From positions 124,001-188,000 of the forward strand of contig JALMLS010000256.1 of the NCBI GenBank assembly GCA_038496445.1: a stretch of DNA of 64,000 bases. Reading direction: 5' to 3'. Positions 39,202 to 52,773 of the stretch are shown in pieces. The stretch's first letter is position 1, and each line of letters begins with the position of its first letter. The DNA comes from Trichosphaerium sp. ATCC 40318. Lineage: Eukaryota > Protista > Tubulinea. The translations under genes and the position numbers were made by a program. Under the pieces are notes generated by a model. The model saw only the letters and a list, made by a program, of their open reading frames with translations, did no database searches and was not told where the DNA came from.

Positions 39202-39888
39202 TTATGCGCCACTGTACTTGAAAAGATATCTTTCAGTTGACCCTTTATTAATGAACCTCTGCCATTCAATTTCTGGTCTTCTACCATCATAGAAAGTCTC
39301 GTACTCTTCGTAATTACGTACGGTTATTCGTCTGTCTGTTGGATTGCGTGGTGAATCACCCCAACGCTTTATTGAAAGACAAACACCGTCTTTGTAAATT
39401 GCATGTTTTGTCATTGCCATCCCTGGAACCCAATGCCACTGTTTATACTCCCCATGGAGTACACCGTTCTTGTAGTGACATATTTTGGCTTGTCTTCCAT
39501 CTGCCCAAAACATACAATAAGGTCCATCACGCACCTTGTTCTTGTAGATCGCTGTTTCAAGTAATTGGCCATTTGGGTGAAGTTCTACGCATGTACCGTC
39601 CAGAAAACCGTTTTTATAGATACAACGAACCCTGAGCTTTCCATTGGGGTAGTATTCCTCTGAATAGCCGTTTAAAATGCCGTTTGTGTAGTTGCAGATA
39701 CTTTTTACGCGCTGGTAGCTGTCATTCGTGTCACCATGAAATGATAGCCATTTACCATGTTTACGAAGGTCTGTATCATATCGTGATGTAATTGCTGTTT
39801 CTTTACAAAGTAACGGCCACAAACTATAAATCCTTGAGTCAATATCACATACGTAAAGGTGTAGCTCTATGGGGAGTTGCCTCAACAT
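39202..39888 (-). CDS. F-box-like + MORN-variant repeat protein, intronless
   Basis: MLRQLPIELHLYVC...LRKHGKW followed by NGYSEEYYPNGKLRVRCIYKNG-type repeats. Confidence 0.85.
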   Translation of the reverse strand: MLRQLPIELHLYVCDIDSRIYSLWPLLCKETAITSRYDTDLRKHGKWLSFHGDTNDSYQRVKSICNYTNGILNGYSEEYYPNGKLRVRCIYKNGFLDGTCVELHPNGQLLETAIYKNKVRDGPYCMFWADGRQAKICHYKNGVLHGEYKQWHWVPGMAMTKHAIYKDGVCLSIKRWGDSPRNPTDRRITVRNYEEYETFYDGRRPEIEWQRFINKGSTERYLFKYSGA

Positions 39889-39987
39889 GTCCAACACGTG
39901 TCTATTTTTCTAAGCGAGTGGTGGTTTATTTTTGCTAAAAGTTGCTGAATCTGTTTCTATGCTATAAAAACTTTATTTACACATGGT

Positions 39988-40396
39988 TTAGGCAAACAAT
40001 TTGTATTTGTTAAGTTGTATTTCTCCATCGATCAACGCATTCACATTTGGAAAGTTCTTCTTTACGTGTGGCGAAGTGAGATGAGCTTGAAGTGCTTCAA
40101 TTGAAGTCCAACGTTCCATCTGGCCGAATCATTATTATTCGCTTTAAATGAACTAGCTAGATGGAATACGTACCATCGTGAACTTTAATGGGTCCTCTAG
40201 GTCCTGATAGAGCTCGTACAACAAACAACCTGTTGAATATAAGAAATTGCTCATAGACAAGCTTAAAAACAATTGTTCTACAAGTACCATCTTCTTTTCG
40301 AGTTGCTGCTACCAACGGTTCCATGGCGGCCTTTATTTCTGCTTCTTTACCTGCCAATGCCTTCATATTAGCTACAATACCTATTTGTGTTGACAT
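39988..40396 (-). CDS. ABM-family (antibiotic biosynthesis monooxygenase / quinol monooxygenase-like) protein, 3 exons
   Basis: Spliced MSTQIGIVANMKALAGKEAE...TRKEDGCLLYELYQDLEDPLKFTMMERWTSIEALQAHLTSPHV. Confidence 0.9.
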
Positions 40397-42080
40397 CCTT
40401 GTATCAGATACTTATTTTGCTTGTTTTGAGTTATTTTCAAGAACTACACAAAAAAAGTTTCCACTTTGCGGGCTTTTATTTAACCGGGTGGGTAAGAAGT
40501 TTGCTGCTTCTGGGGACGCTAAAGTATGTGTAAGGGAGGGCATCAAATATTTAGTTAGTAAGATCACGTGCACATGATATGATGCCTAAGTACGAATTCG
40601 TATTCCGCTATTGAATTTTGGAGCCAGCAATTTTGTTGATAGGTACTTGTTTTTGGTCTCTTGGTTTTTCGTACATCAATGCTAGATTGGAAGCTCAATG
40701 TTGAGGTGTTTTACAATTACAATTTAGTTGACCACTGAGAACAAGAAAGTCTTACATGTTGAGAATTTGTAGGTGGCTTTGTTTTTTTTTTGATTTTATT
40801 CAAGGATTTTATGTCTATCAACGTAACGGACAATCTTTGGAGATTTATTTCCGTCGACTATAGATCATAGAGATCAAATGCAAACTTGTTTAACTAATCA
40901 TTATCACTTCCTGAATGCACTAGCCTTCGACCGAAGATGCTGTTGGCAAGTATTAGCAATATTTCAACAGCTTGCCTACCTTTTATAGGCCTTGTTGGTA
41001 GAGTGGGTGCTACGACAATGAGCTAGCCTACAGGTACACTCGATCACAGGATTAGACAGCCTTCTCAGGAAAGTGCTCTTGGAGAATCTACAATCGATGA
41101 GAATGACTATAGTTTGTACAAGGCAAAGCCTCAAAGATATGGACTGAATTCAACCTCACAAAATACGGAATTGGTTGTATTACCTGAGGTAGACTAAATA
41201 TTTCGTTTTATCCGTCTGGCAAACCATGTCACTTCAGAACTATGCCATGGTTCGATAGTGGATTGGTTTAATACAGCCGTATAAGTAAAACCACCAGGTT
41301 TTTTGCCTTTGCTCCTTTTCGGATTGTTTCAATTTTTTTTACAACGTTACAGTTTTTTCGGCGATGAGTGCCACGTGGAGTAAGGAAGAAAACTAGTTCC
41401 AGTTTTTTTGTTTTTTGAAGTACTGCGAAAGATGCGAGTACATTTCGCGACAGTTCCTTGTACTCCTTAGCAAGTTTTACCATAATCATGATGACTTACA
41501 TTAATAACAAGTTAATTTTTCGCCCAAAAAGGTTGATAACGATATATTCGTCAAAACTACACTAACTCGATTTAACGTTAGCAACAGGCTATTTAATGCT
41601 TTAAAATGTGTAAAGTTTCCTCTCCAGACGTCTCTAAGGTCTTATTCTCTTTTTTTATGTACTATACTTTCGGAAACTACGTGTTGTGTACGTTCACAAT
41701 TAAAACAAACTTCAGGAGATTAATGGCGTATAATTGTTTTTTGTTCACGTTACTATTTTGTATTAGAGTTGCTTCTTTAACGGGTACCCGTTCGTTTTAA
41801 CAAAACATACCCTAATAAGTGCAAGCACGTAGTTGCCCGGGCAAACACAAACTGGAGAAAATGGGAGGGCAGTACATCGGCCAAAAATGTGCACTGAGGG
41901 ACTACGTAGCGATAGAGTAGAACAATTTAGCGTGAAAGTATGTTCGGCGTTTAACGAGTTGATTACTTCAGACTTTGTTTCAAACCTCTTAATGTGTGTT
42001 AGCCTATCGTATCTGAACTAACGAGTATTGCCTTTTTTAGAATTATACCGTAAACTTCTCAGTTTTTCTAGTCTACAACA

Positions 42081-42955
42081 ATGACCACAACAACTCTCGT
42101 ATGTTTGTTCGCGCTTTTCGCTACAGTTATGTCCTTCTCTACAAGCCCAATCTCTATTTGCCCTGCACAAAACGCTGATATCTGCAGTACTATGTGCGGT
42201 GGAGCTGCCGCAACCAGTGTCCCTGGTGTTGCCATTGTTTCCGACTTGGGTTCTGAGTACACTCCTGGTACCACCTACAACTTCACCGTAACTGCATCTT
42301 CTACCGAAACCTGGATTGTACGTTTGTTTCTAGCTCTTTCTAATACTTATCTTTGTTACTCAGGGTTTTGCTTTGTCCTTTTACACCGGAAACGTTGGTA
42401 GCGCTACTATCGTCGGTACTATTGCCGCAACCGCTCCATTTAACGTACAGATATCTGGTTTTTCCGCAACGGCTTGCCAAGGTTCTGTTAGACATGCTGA
42501 TGGTCAAGTAACCAAAGACGCAAACCAAACCTTTACATGGACTGCCCCTGCTATTGGCACCGGACCTGTCAGTTATTCTGTACGTATCTCTCTTTCTCGG
42601 TCTGGTGGAATATTGTTGCTAATGTACTATAGGCTTGGATACTCAATGATCGTAGAAACAGCCCTAACACTAACTGTACATGGGAAATCGTAACTAAAGC
42701 AGTTACAGAAGCTGCTACGCCAACTGCTCCAGTTGTTCCAACAACCGCTGCCCCAACAACCGCTGCTCCAGTTGCCCCAACAACCGCTGCCCCAACAACT
42801 GTTGCTCCAACAACCGCTACTCCAGTAATGCCAGTTGCCCCTAGCTCTTCAATGGTATGCTCTCACTATTAATTTTTGTTTAACCGTATATTTAGGCTTT
42901 GCAATTCGTATCTGTTATTGTTGCCGTTATTGTTTGTGTTGTCCAAATGATGTAA
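42081..42955 (+). CDS. Secreted Reeler-domain protein with PTTAA-repeat stalk and probable GPI anchor
   Basis: Signal peptide, then YTPGTTYNFTV...GFAL...CQGSVRH...FTWTAPAIGTGPV (Reeler pattern). PTTAAP repeats at ~42740-42830 and a hydrophobic C-terminus. Confidence 0.8.
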
Positions 42956-43213
42956 ACGTTCCCTTCATTTTTTGAAATAAACAAAGTTCCACGTGTTTGT
43001 GTACCATTGTTTTTTGTGGAAAACGGTAATTTGAGTGACAGCACTGATCTGATATTGTAAGTAGACGACTGCGGAACGCAAACGACTGACGACCGTGAAC
43101 CTTAAATTTTGGTATTAATTATGCGGGAAAGTATGTTGTACAGCGATTATCAGATGTTTTAGTTTGAATTGAGATTTATTTATTGAAGACATGCAGTGCA
43201 TAGCGATTAACGC

Positions 43214-44900
43214 TTATATACCCTTACCACCAGTCACTTCAAGGCAATGTCCCTAAGAAAAAAATTAGTAGATACTTCTTGATTGATTGCAAGAAAAGGA
43301 AGGTTTGACTTTTACGTACAGTAATATAAGAGGCATATGGAGAAGCCATAAGTAATATACCGCCTGCTGCTTCGTTTACAGCACCTTGTCTCTTGAGTGG
43401 AATATCCATTGTCATGAGGCCCATGTTATCCTTATTGGCTCCTGGAATACCAAGACTGATTTTTTTACCCTCGACTTCAATAAAATTATCTTTTGTTTTG
43501 GCAGCAGTGAGTCGCCTAAAATTAATAAATGACAAGCCGAAACTCAAGCAAAGTCTTTTTTTTTTTTCTTCGTCAATATCCTGAGAATAATTCTTTTGTA
43601 AAATGCCTTGTTTGTTATGTTTTATCATTAAAAGAGGCATATTTGCATACGTTTCGATAAATCCGAAAGCTACAGCGTTACATCTTATGCCGAATGGACC
43701 CCATTCCTTAATAAGAAAATAAGAAAAAGAGGTACTTGTGTATTATTTGAACTATACCTTTGCTACTGTTTTGGTAAGGCCTACTACGCCCAATTTTGCT
43801 GTGGCGTAGTTAGCTTGTCCAAAATTACCATGTAATCCAGAGGTAGAGCTAATCTAAAGAAACACTTGAGCACAAAACAGAATACTTAAGACAAACCAAA
43901 AAAAAAACCATTAAATGACAAAAAAAAAAAACTAACGTTAATAATACAACGTGGTTCTGGTTTGCCATTAGCTTTGATTTCCTTGCGTGCAGCATCTCTC
44001 ATGTATGGAGCAGCTTCACTATAGAGACTATAAATTTCAAAGCGATGACCAGATGAGAAGCAAAAAGGCCGAAACGTAAAAATCTTGTAGCTTCTATGTT
44101 TTTTTTGCTTTTTTTTTCAGGACGTTCTAAGATGGTATAACTGCGCGTACCGGATAAGACGGAATGGTCCTGTACAGTGCACATCAAGCATAGCATTCCA
44201 CTGCTTATCTGACATTTTATGTATGACACCGTCCCAACAGTACCCAGCGTTGTTCACCAAGATGTTTATCTTTCCAAATTTTCTAAAGGGAAATGAGTTT
44301 GATCGATGAAAAGTTTTTCACTTTTTTTTTACAAAAAAGCTCCTATCGTACTCGAATGTTTGTTTCATCAGCGCTTTTGCGAATGCTGGGTCTGTGACGC
44401 TTCCAGGGATCTAATGGTAGGTTATTAGTTGATTTTTAAAGGTTCTGGATTGTATTTGTTGTTTAGCTTTACAAATCTTTTTAAAAACGTACGGAAACAG
44501 CTTTTCCACCATTGCTGTTTATTTCAGCGGCCATTTTGGCTGACTTGGCTAAACAAAAAAATCAGTTAATTTAAATTGCTGGTACGTGTAAGTGGGCATA
44601 GTTGGATGTTGTAGACGCTGGTAAAATGGCACTTACCGGCATCAAGATCGCTTACTACAACAATTGCTCCTTCGTCGGCGAATAGCTTGGCAGTAGCGCC
44701 TCCAATACCTTGGGCTAACAAAGACGTCAATTTACGAAGGGTAAAACAGATTTTCCCGTGATAACCTTACCTGCTCCTGTGACGATAGCCACTTGTCCAT
44801 TGAGTAATCCAGGGCGGGTTACAGCTGTGTGTTGTCTTGTGACTTGAGGCTCTACTGCTGGAGCAATATGACGTGCGAGTAATTGGGCTCTGTGTTGCAT
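43214..44900 (-). CDS. Short-chain dehydrogenase/reductase (3-oxoacyl reductase-like) with PTS2-like presequence
   Basis: [38 protein letters not shown] (YxxxK) and [10 protein letters not shown] motifs. The N-terminal RAQLLARHI resembles a peroxisomal PTS2. Confidence 0.9.
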
Positions 44901-45256
44901 GGTGCTAGTACGTAATGATACAAGAGAATACGGTTGAAAAAGTCAACAGCGAACCACATTTCAATAAATCTACAAAATGATGTCACGCGAATAGCTTACT
45001 CGAAACATTGGCGGAAAGCTATTTATTACCTTGTATGTCTTTTATGTACAATGGCAAATACAACACGTTATGGAAAGCCATGCAACAGCCTGACTTTATT
45101 GGTATTTAGGCAATGTTCTTACACTAATTAAACAGAGTTGTGGAGTAGCTGGGCAACGCTGTAAAGCGGTAAAAACGTGACTGACTTCTATTGTTAGGTT
45201 GTGTTTTTTTAACAGAAGATAAAGGCAAGAAAACAGCTTATTTATTTTTCTGGTGT

Positions 45257-46089
45257 CTATACATCGACAGTTACAAGAGCTGTGAGAGGGTATGCTGGGT
45301 TAAAAAAAGAGCCTTCTGCGAAAATGGTGTACACGTGGTTGGCTTCTAATTCAACAGTGGCCTTTAAAGCAACATCACCAGATAGATGAACTAAAATAAC
45401 AATTTTAGCCTTGTAAGACCGACATCTTTATGTACCTTTAGCCATCAAGTTGTAAGATCCAGGAGCAACATCTATGTACTGGCTGTTATCACCGAAACTT
45501 ATATCGGAGAATAAAGTTGGACCACCAGCTACAACAATGTCTACAGGTGAGGTATCAGGAGATAGATGAATAAAGCGAACTCTAGCTCTGCCCTTTTGAA
45601 TAGAGTAAGACGATTACAAGAAAAAAGGAAGTAGCGTACAGGTTGTACGAAGTGGTTGTCCAGGTAGAAGTAAAACTTTGCTACAGCAAAGTAGCCAGCG
45701 ACGGCAATAGTATAGTTTTGTCCTCCGGCAATTGCAAACCTGAGAAATGGAGTTAGTACACTTCGTAGAACAGTGTGATGATTGCACATACGATTCCTCA
45801 AGTAGTGGTTTATTATTGTTCTCAGCTGTGATAACAATGTCGTCTGAGAAAGAAGCAGGGAGAGATATGTACTTTGAAATTGTCCTTGGTTGGAGTGATA
45901 GCGTCTAAATTAAGAAATGAGAAAGATCACAATTTTAGGATAGTAGCTTACTTTGGTGTATGGATATGTACGGGCGTAAACGTCTACAGATGGAGCATCT
46001 GGTGAGGCATGTGCATACCGAATAGTTGCATTTTCAGCTGTAGCAATAGCAGCGAAAGCAAGGGCGAGAATCAGGACGTATGTGTTCAT
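45257..46089 (-). CDS. Secreted DUF4397-domain protein (two repeats), intron-containing
   Basis: Signal peptide, IRYAHASPDAPSVDVY and a second copy FIHLSPDTSPVDIV...LFSDISFG...YIDVAPGSYNL...YTIFAEG. Confidence 0.8.
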
Positions 46090-47654
46090 GATGTTGTGGT
46101 ATAATAATAATAAAAAAGGTACTCTACCGGAGAAACGTGGTCGGCAGCTTTATCTTACGCAGAAAAGTCTTTAGAAGGTTCTATACATATGAAAGATGCA
46201 GTACTAGTACCAAGCACGAGCTATAGTAAGGCTGCGTTGTTGTGTATCCCAAGCAAATATGGATTTTTCTCGTTTCTTTTTTTTGCCGATACTATTCTCC
46301 TTGAGAACTTGTCGTTTACAAATAAGTATCAATGGTCTGAAAGTATACACGCAAGCAAGCCGCCAGTGTGTCTAACAACAAATATGGAGCTAATATCTAT
46401 ATTTGTTCTTAATTCCGTATTTGTGTCATAAAAGACCAAATTCGAATAGTACAATTCTCAAGACTTTTTTCGTAATGTGTGAGGTAACTTGTTTTTGCTA
46501 GTAAGATCTTAATAAGTCTTTCGGAACATCTCCCTGGATTGTATAATCTTAGTATTTTTGTTGTGGCTACAATCAATTCTCGCAAACAACACCCAAACAG
46601 TTATCCAAAATTGCCTTGAACGTGCAGTTTAAAGTCAAGATTACAAGTTAGATGAACTTCTAGGTTTGATCCAATGAGGTATAAAGCAACGAGACAGGTT
46701 TGGAGGAAGACTTAACGTCTTGGGTGGCTCAAACACCGTAATTCGAAAGAACAGACATAACAAGTTACCGGAAATCTGTTTCAATTTCCTCATTCCTTTT
46801 GCCTCCTAGTATCAATATCTCAAGGCAACTTCAAATCTAGACAAGGAATTGTTTTTAGATTTGCTGTTTGTGACAAGATTCGGATTCATTCGGTTACATT
46901 GCTACACGAACCTCAACACACTTTTAGAACATCTTACTTAAAAGACCTAAACTCCCATACTAATACTTTACTTTAGGAACCCAATGTTACATGCAAATGT
47001 AGCGTTGCCTATAAATTAAAGCCTGAGCAGCTTGATTTTATTAATAGCCTTTGAGTTTATTCGTCCGACTAACTTGTTTTTTTTTCTTCTGTTTACAAAC
47101 AAAGAATGTAGAATTCAAACGGCGCCTTCATTACTGTAATAAGAAGGAACAAACTGTCTGTTTTCGCTCACCTAAAGGAGGAAAAAGTTAATCAAAAAGC
47201 AGAAAAACAACAAATTGGCAATTGCTATTACTGTTACATACCAGTCCACCTACGGTGCTCATCTTGCTTGTGAATGAGTATAAAATCAACTCATTTAAAT
47301 GAAAGTTCCATTTATCTGTAGCATCATAATTCATATGAAGCAAATAACTCTCATCGTACTATGTTCTCATGTAAGTTAAAATAAATCTTGATAAAAACTC
47401 ACCACACTATTCCCACGTGTCTCGCTTTGCTTTTAATACAGGTGCTCAGAATAGGTCTCTTTTGTTCCCTAGTAGCTCTCCAACGCATATGTTCTCTGAT
47501 CCAAACCAATACGCTTAACCCATTCAGCCAATTTAAAAGAACTTATCCCTGAGACATGTGTTAACACTAGAATTCCATTACAAATCGATTACTTAATCAG
47601 AACAACTTTTTAACTCTAGCGAGGTATCGTTCAATGTGATAAATCCAGTTACTA

Positions 47655-50055
47655 CTATGCTGGCTGCGAAATAGAACCACCGAAATTTAATCCATTCTTT
47701 ACGACAGATCGTAACCGCCTATTCAAAGAAAATCATGTCAGTTTGATACAACGAATTAAAGAAACATGAAGAAACTGTTTTTGCATGGAACTTATGCTTC
47801 AATATTGAAAGTATGATTGTTCGTTTGAATTTATATTTGTGAGGCGTTCATGAGATCAAAGAAGATGAAGGGCTGTAAGAAAACAAAGAAAGAGAAACCA
47901 AACACAAGAGAACGTACCACTGCTTTGATTTCTTTCCAAATAAGTTTAGTCTTTGTCTATCCCAGTCATGCTCTGGGAACGCAATTTTCAAAGCGTCATG
48001 GTAATACCTCAAGAAGCCTCCGCCGCCCATATCACTCAATATCACGTGTGAAACGCGATACCACTGGTCTACGTCTTTCAAAAAAAGTTTATCTTTTAAT
48101 TGTTCAATGAACTTTAGCTGATTCTGTGGATCTTTCCAAGCTATTTGAACCTCTGCCCGTTTACTTTTCCATACGTATTGAGGGTAAATAGCCCTCAAAC
48201 ACTTTAGTACTGAACCAGAATACCTGCAGAGGTGTCAGTTGATGGAAAGAAATATCTGTTTTTTTTAACACGTACACATTTATCAGACCTCCACCTCCTT
48301 TAGCCCGTACTGTTTCAACTGTTGCTTTATTCCAATCGTTGATGACTTTAATACCTAGTTCTTTACCCACATCATCCATAGCTAACTTTTGGTTATCAAA
48401 ATCTTCCCAGAAGCCAAGAGGTGACAGTCTAATGGTTACTTAGGGTTTTATTTCTTAAAACGTGGTTACTGCATACGTAAATCTCCAAGGTCTCCATTCA
48501 TGTTTATAAACTGCAGTTAAAACATGTATCATTGAGTGTCCATAACTAAAAATGTTTCAAGTAAGCATCGATAAGCAAACACAGAATCTTTGATCAAAAC
48601 GGAAAAAAACACGAAATGAAAATAAATTCGTTCATCACGTGATTGTACAACAGGTTTCCCTCACTGGTTTTTGTATAAATATAAATATGGCTTAGGTATT
48701 ACATAACTAAATATAAAAAAGGAGCAAAAGGGCGTTAAAGAGCGAGCAAAACGATCAAAATTTTGTGACAAACAACACGTCTAAGATCTAAAGACGTACA
48801 CGTGAATGATACCACCACCGCCACATTTTACAAATTCATCCATTGTGATATTATACCAATCATCTAATGTTTTAACACCAGCTGTTCGACCAATATGATC
48901 AACTGCACGTTGCTGATTCTTGAATTTCGACCAAAAACCTGTTGGCGAAAGCCTGAAAACAAAATCATAAACAAACAATCGAAAAAAACACAACTTGTTT
49001 GGTGCCATCTAAACTAATTCGCTTACATAAATTTCCATGGATTCCATTCATAATTAGGATATAGAGTTCCGAGGCATTCTGAAAGAGAGTTGTTGAACCT
49101 TGGTAATGAGATGAGCAAAGAAGAGGACAACTTTTAAACGAAAAAAAAAAGAAGAAAGAATCTCGCTTACAAAGTCATTAGTCCTCCACCATCATGGTCT
49201 CTTATTTTGTTTATAGTAACACTATACCAATCTTCTAAGAGCTTTATATTCATAGATTTTCCAATATCATCAATAGCTTTTACTTTACTACCGTCTTTAT
49301 CCCAAAATCCTTTCGGTGCTAAACTAACAAAATTGTTTAACAAACAAGAACTTGCAACACTGTTGCTTGGTAAAAAGAAGTATAAAATTTTACTTCATTA
49401 TGTATTGTACACGTACACATGCTTCCAAGGGCTCCAACTATGGTTTGGATATAAAGACTGCAAGCAAAGTGACAAACAGTTATTGTAGCTTAAAACATTT
49501 TTTTTGTTAGTTCTTTTTTAAGTTGCATTGTCTTGTACAAATACTCACCACTGTAACAAACCACCTGCACCATTTTTTCTTAATTCAGGCAACGTCACTT
49601 CATACCATCCGTCAAGATCTTTTACATTAAGTTTTTTACTTATATGGTTGAGAGCATGTCTCTTGTTATTATCGTTTGTCCAGAATCCCATTGGCGCTAT
49701 CCTAGAGCACGTGATGAGTTTCTTATTTACTAAAAAAGTTCTGTACTTGAACTTTCCGGGCTTCCACTGCCACTTTGGGTACAACTCGCGCAAGCATTCT
49801 TGAATAGAACCGCCATACCTGTAAAACGATTAAAAAGCGATTGAGGACGCTTAAAAGAGTGTAAAAGGCTGTTTTTTTGATGTATTTATCGCAATTGTAC
49901 GTGTTTAGTAATGTTTTTCCTCCATTCTTTAATAGAACGTCAGTTGTCAACCCATGAAGTCCATCGAGCGTAGTTGCGTTGATTTTCGCGGCCAGCTCTT
50001 CAATAAACAGTATTTGATTAGATTTCTTGACCCAATAACCCCAACGCCTTGCCAT
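47655..50055 (-). CDS. Uncharacterised tandem-repeat protein (~6 units of ~70 aa, PxGFW...DDWY...GGxGLL...YP..W.P..F)
   Basis: The repeat units are visible in ORFs 47848, 48161, 48781, 49545 and 49723. The last intron splices to a short tail KKSKQWRLRSVVKNGLNFGGSISQPA*. The 5' end may extend further. Confidence 0.75.
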
Positions 50056-50425
50056 GGAGCAATAAAGCCTTATTTGTGTAGTTTAACGGCAAGTAAGACT
50101 GCTATTGACTAATAGACAGAGGTTTAGCTCATTTGACCGACAACGCACTTGTTGGCATTATTTTTATGTTTGTCACATCTGAGGAACACGAACAAAGACT
50201 GCTGAAACTCATGACAAAAGAAAGTGTTCACTGAATGTTCTGTCAGAAAAGTAAGCCTGTGCCAGCTTATAACAAATGAACAAGTGTATTTGTTAGCGGG
50301 TAAAGTACGTAAGATATAATCGAGTCGCGAGATAGGTACGTCCACGTGTTTTTTAATTTATTTGACTTTTACTTATTGAACCGGATTAAGCGCCAAGGCT
50401 GTTCCCTACCGCATATTTTAACTAA

Positions 50426-52363
50426 ATGAGTAATGTACACAACGCTCCTAATACAAAGGTGACGATGAACCTCTTTACACTCCCTAATGAGATTTTGGCC
50501 GCCATTCTCTGTTTTACTACCACAACACGTTATTCAGCGGCTCAGAGCTGTCGCAGACTTGCTACCATTGTTCGTGATGTTATTGGGTACTACAGCGCAA
50601 CGTTAAAGACAATAGATGATGTAAAGGCTTTCGCAAAGTATACGGGCGCACTACAACACACCAAAGTAAAAGTACTCAAATCAGTGCCCAGCGAAGGCAT
50701 AAAACTGCTTAAAGGCGTTCGTACTGTTAATCTCAAGTATACCAACGTAACAGACGAAGCACTATTGTCACTAGCAGGCGTACATACAATCAACCTAACG
50801 AGAACTCCGATAACAGACAAAGGTACATTCAAACTAAACACGTGGACAGTCAAGTATCAAACACCCTCAGTTTGTTAGAACCAGTTTGATAGTAACGTTC
50901 TGAGTATTCCAAGAACAATCAATTTTTTTTCAGTAACGCACGTTTTTTAAACAGCTTATCACGTGTTAGGTTTAAAAGCACTAAAAGGTGTTCACACAAT
51001 CAGTCTGGAAGGAGTTGAAAGAATTACAGATGAAGGTATAAAAGCGCTTAAAGGCGCTCATAGTATCAACCTCAGATGTACCAACGCAACAGATAGTTCA
51101 ATAAAAGTATTCTCTGGGATTCACACTATTGATGTTGGTCGTACTAGAGTAACAGATGAAGGCCTCAAAGCACTCAAGGGCGTTCATACTATAGCCCTTT
51201 CTAACGCAGAGGAAGTTACAGATGAAGGCCTGAAAGCACTTGCTGGTGTTCACACCATAGATCTTAAATACTGTCACTGTACAATTGATGGTATTAAAGC
51301 GCTTAACGGCGTTCACACGATTAAGCTTGCTGGAGTGGTTACAGATGAGATGCTCATGGTTTTGGCAGGTGTTCATACAATTGACCTTAAGTTCTGTATT
51401 CGATTTACAAATAAAGGAATTATGGCGCTGGCAGGGGTTCATACAATTAATCTTGAAAGAAGTGGAGTTACAGATGAGGGTGTGATACCGCTTGCAGGTG
51501 TTCATTCAATTAACCTTAATAAAACTAAGGTTACAAACAAAGGAGTTAAAGCGCTTGCAGGCGTTCATACAATTAAGCTAGCTGGAATTCCAGTAACAGA
51601 TGAAGGTCTGAAAGCGCTTTCAGGCGTTCATACGATTCAGCTTGGCACGGCCATGGAATTTACAGTTGAAGGCATGAAACCTTTAGCAGGTGTTCATACT
51701 ATAAGCCTTCGAGCATGTGTTATTCCAGAAGAGGGTGTTATGGCGCTTGCTGGTGTACACCACATCAATCTTTGGAAGTCAAATATTACAAATACAGGTC
51801 TCAAAGCTCTTGCTGGCGTTCACACAATTTATCTTGGTAGCACAAAAGTTACAGATGAAGGAGTCAAGGCACTTGCTGGTGTTCACACAATTTATCTTCG
51901 GAATACGAGAGTAACTGATGAAGGTGTCAAAGCGCTTGCTGGAGTCCATTTTATTGATCTTGGGTACACTACAGTTACAGATGAAACATTAAAAGCACTT
52001 GCAGGTGTTCATACTATTAAGATTGATCATTCTTCATATATAACTGATGAAGGTGTAAAAGCGCTGAGTGGTGTTCATACGATTGATCTTCAAGAAACTG
52101 GTGTTACAGATGAAGGTGTAAAAGCACTTGGAGGTGTTCACACTATCAATCTACAGGGCACTAAAGTTACAGATGAAGGTGTAAAAGCACTTAGTGGTGT
52201 TCATGATATTTCTCTCAGGTTTACGAAAGTTACAGATGACTGTCTTAGTGCACTAGCAGGTGTACACACTATTAAACTCGGAGGAGCAAAAGTGACTGAT
52301 GAAGGTATAGCAGCTCTTCGGCGGGCTGGTGCATTTTATGTAACGTACAATGTCTGTCACTAG
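50426..52363 (+). CDS. F-box + leucine-rich repeat protein (~23 GVHTIxL repeats), single intron 50823-50969
   Basis: F-box LFTLPNEILAAILCF...AQSCRRL. A GTACAT..TTAG intron joins ORF 50426 to ORF 50963 in frame. Repeats of 22-23 aa with consensus GVHTIxLxxTxVTDEGVKALA. Confidence 0.9.
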
Positions 52364-52773
52364 CGCAATAATGGAAGAAGGTAGAGGGAGTCAGTATAGC
52401 AGATTAATTAAGCATCTTAGTAATGAACATAACTGTGAACAGTTGTAACAATAATAAACGTGGCCCTACGTAGTTATCTCCGTTTGTTTTGTGAGCACTT
52501 CTACTTAACCACAAAAGAATTGTGTAATACCACCTAGTGCTGTCAATGAAGTAGGTTCTTTTGTGGTTAAGTAGAAATGAGCTCACTTTTGCAGCCGGCT
52601 AGTCAGTAATGTTGGTCTTGTTTCCCATGTGTTACGTAAGTGACCACAAGATGATCAACAAGTCTGTAACAAACTTCAAAGAAGCCTCAAGCTATATACC
52701 GGTATTTTAGACAGTTGGAAAGTGGTTTTTATTGAAAACATCAAATGACATTGACTTAAAATAATAACACTAC

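Noticed and set aside
40579-41198. Possible gene with in-frame TGA codons (selenoprotein or readthrough) or decayed gene fragment
   Set aside because: Splice-like signals are present, but I could build no consistent frame, recognise no domain and see no SECIS. At most it is a degenerate remnant.
46100-47650. tRNA/ncRNA or a nuclease exon downstream of the 70-aa repeat gene
   Set aside because: No cloverleaf, properly spaced A/B boxes or recognisable nuclease motif was found.
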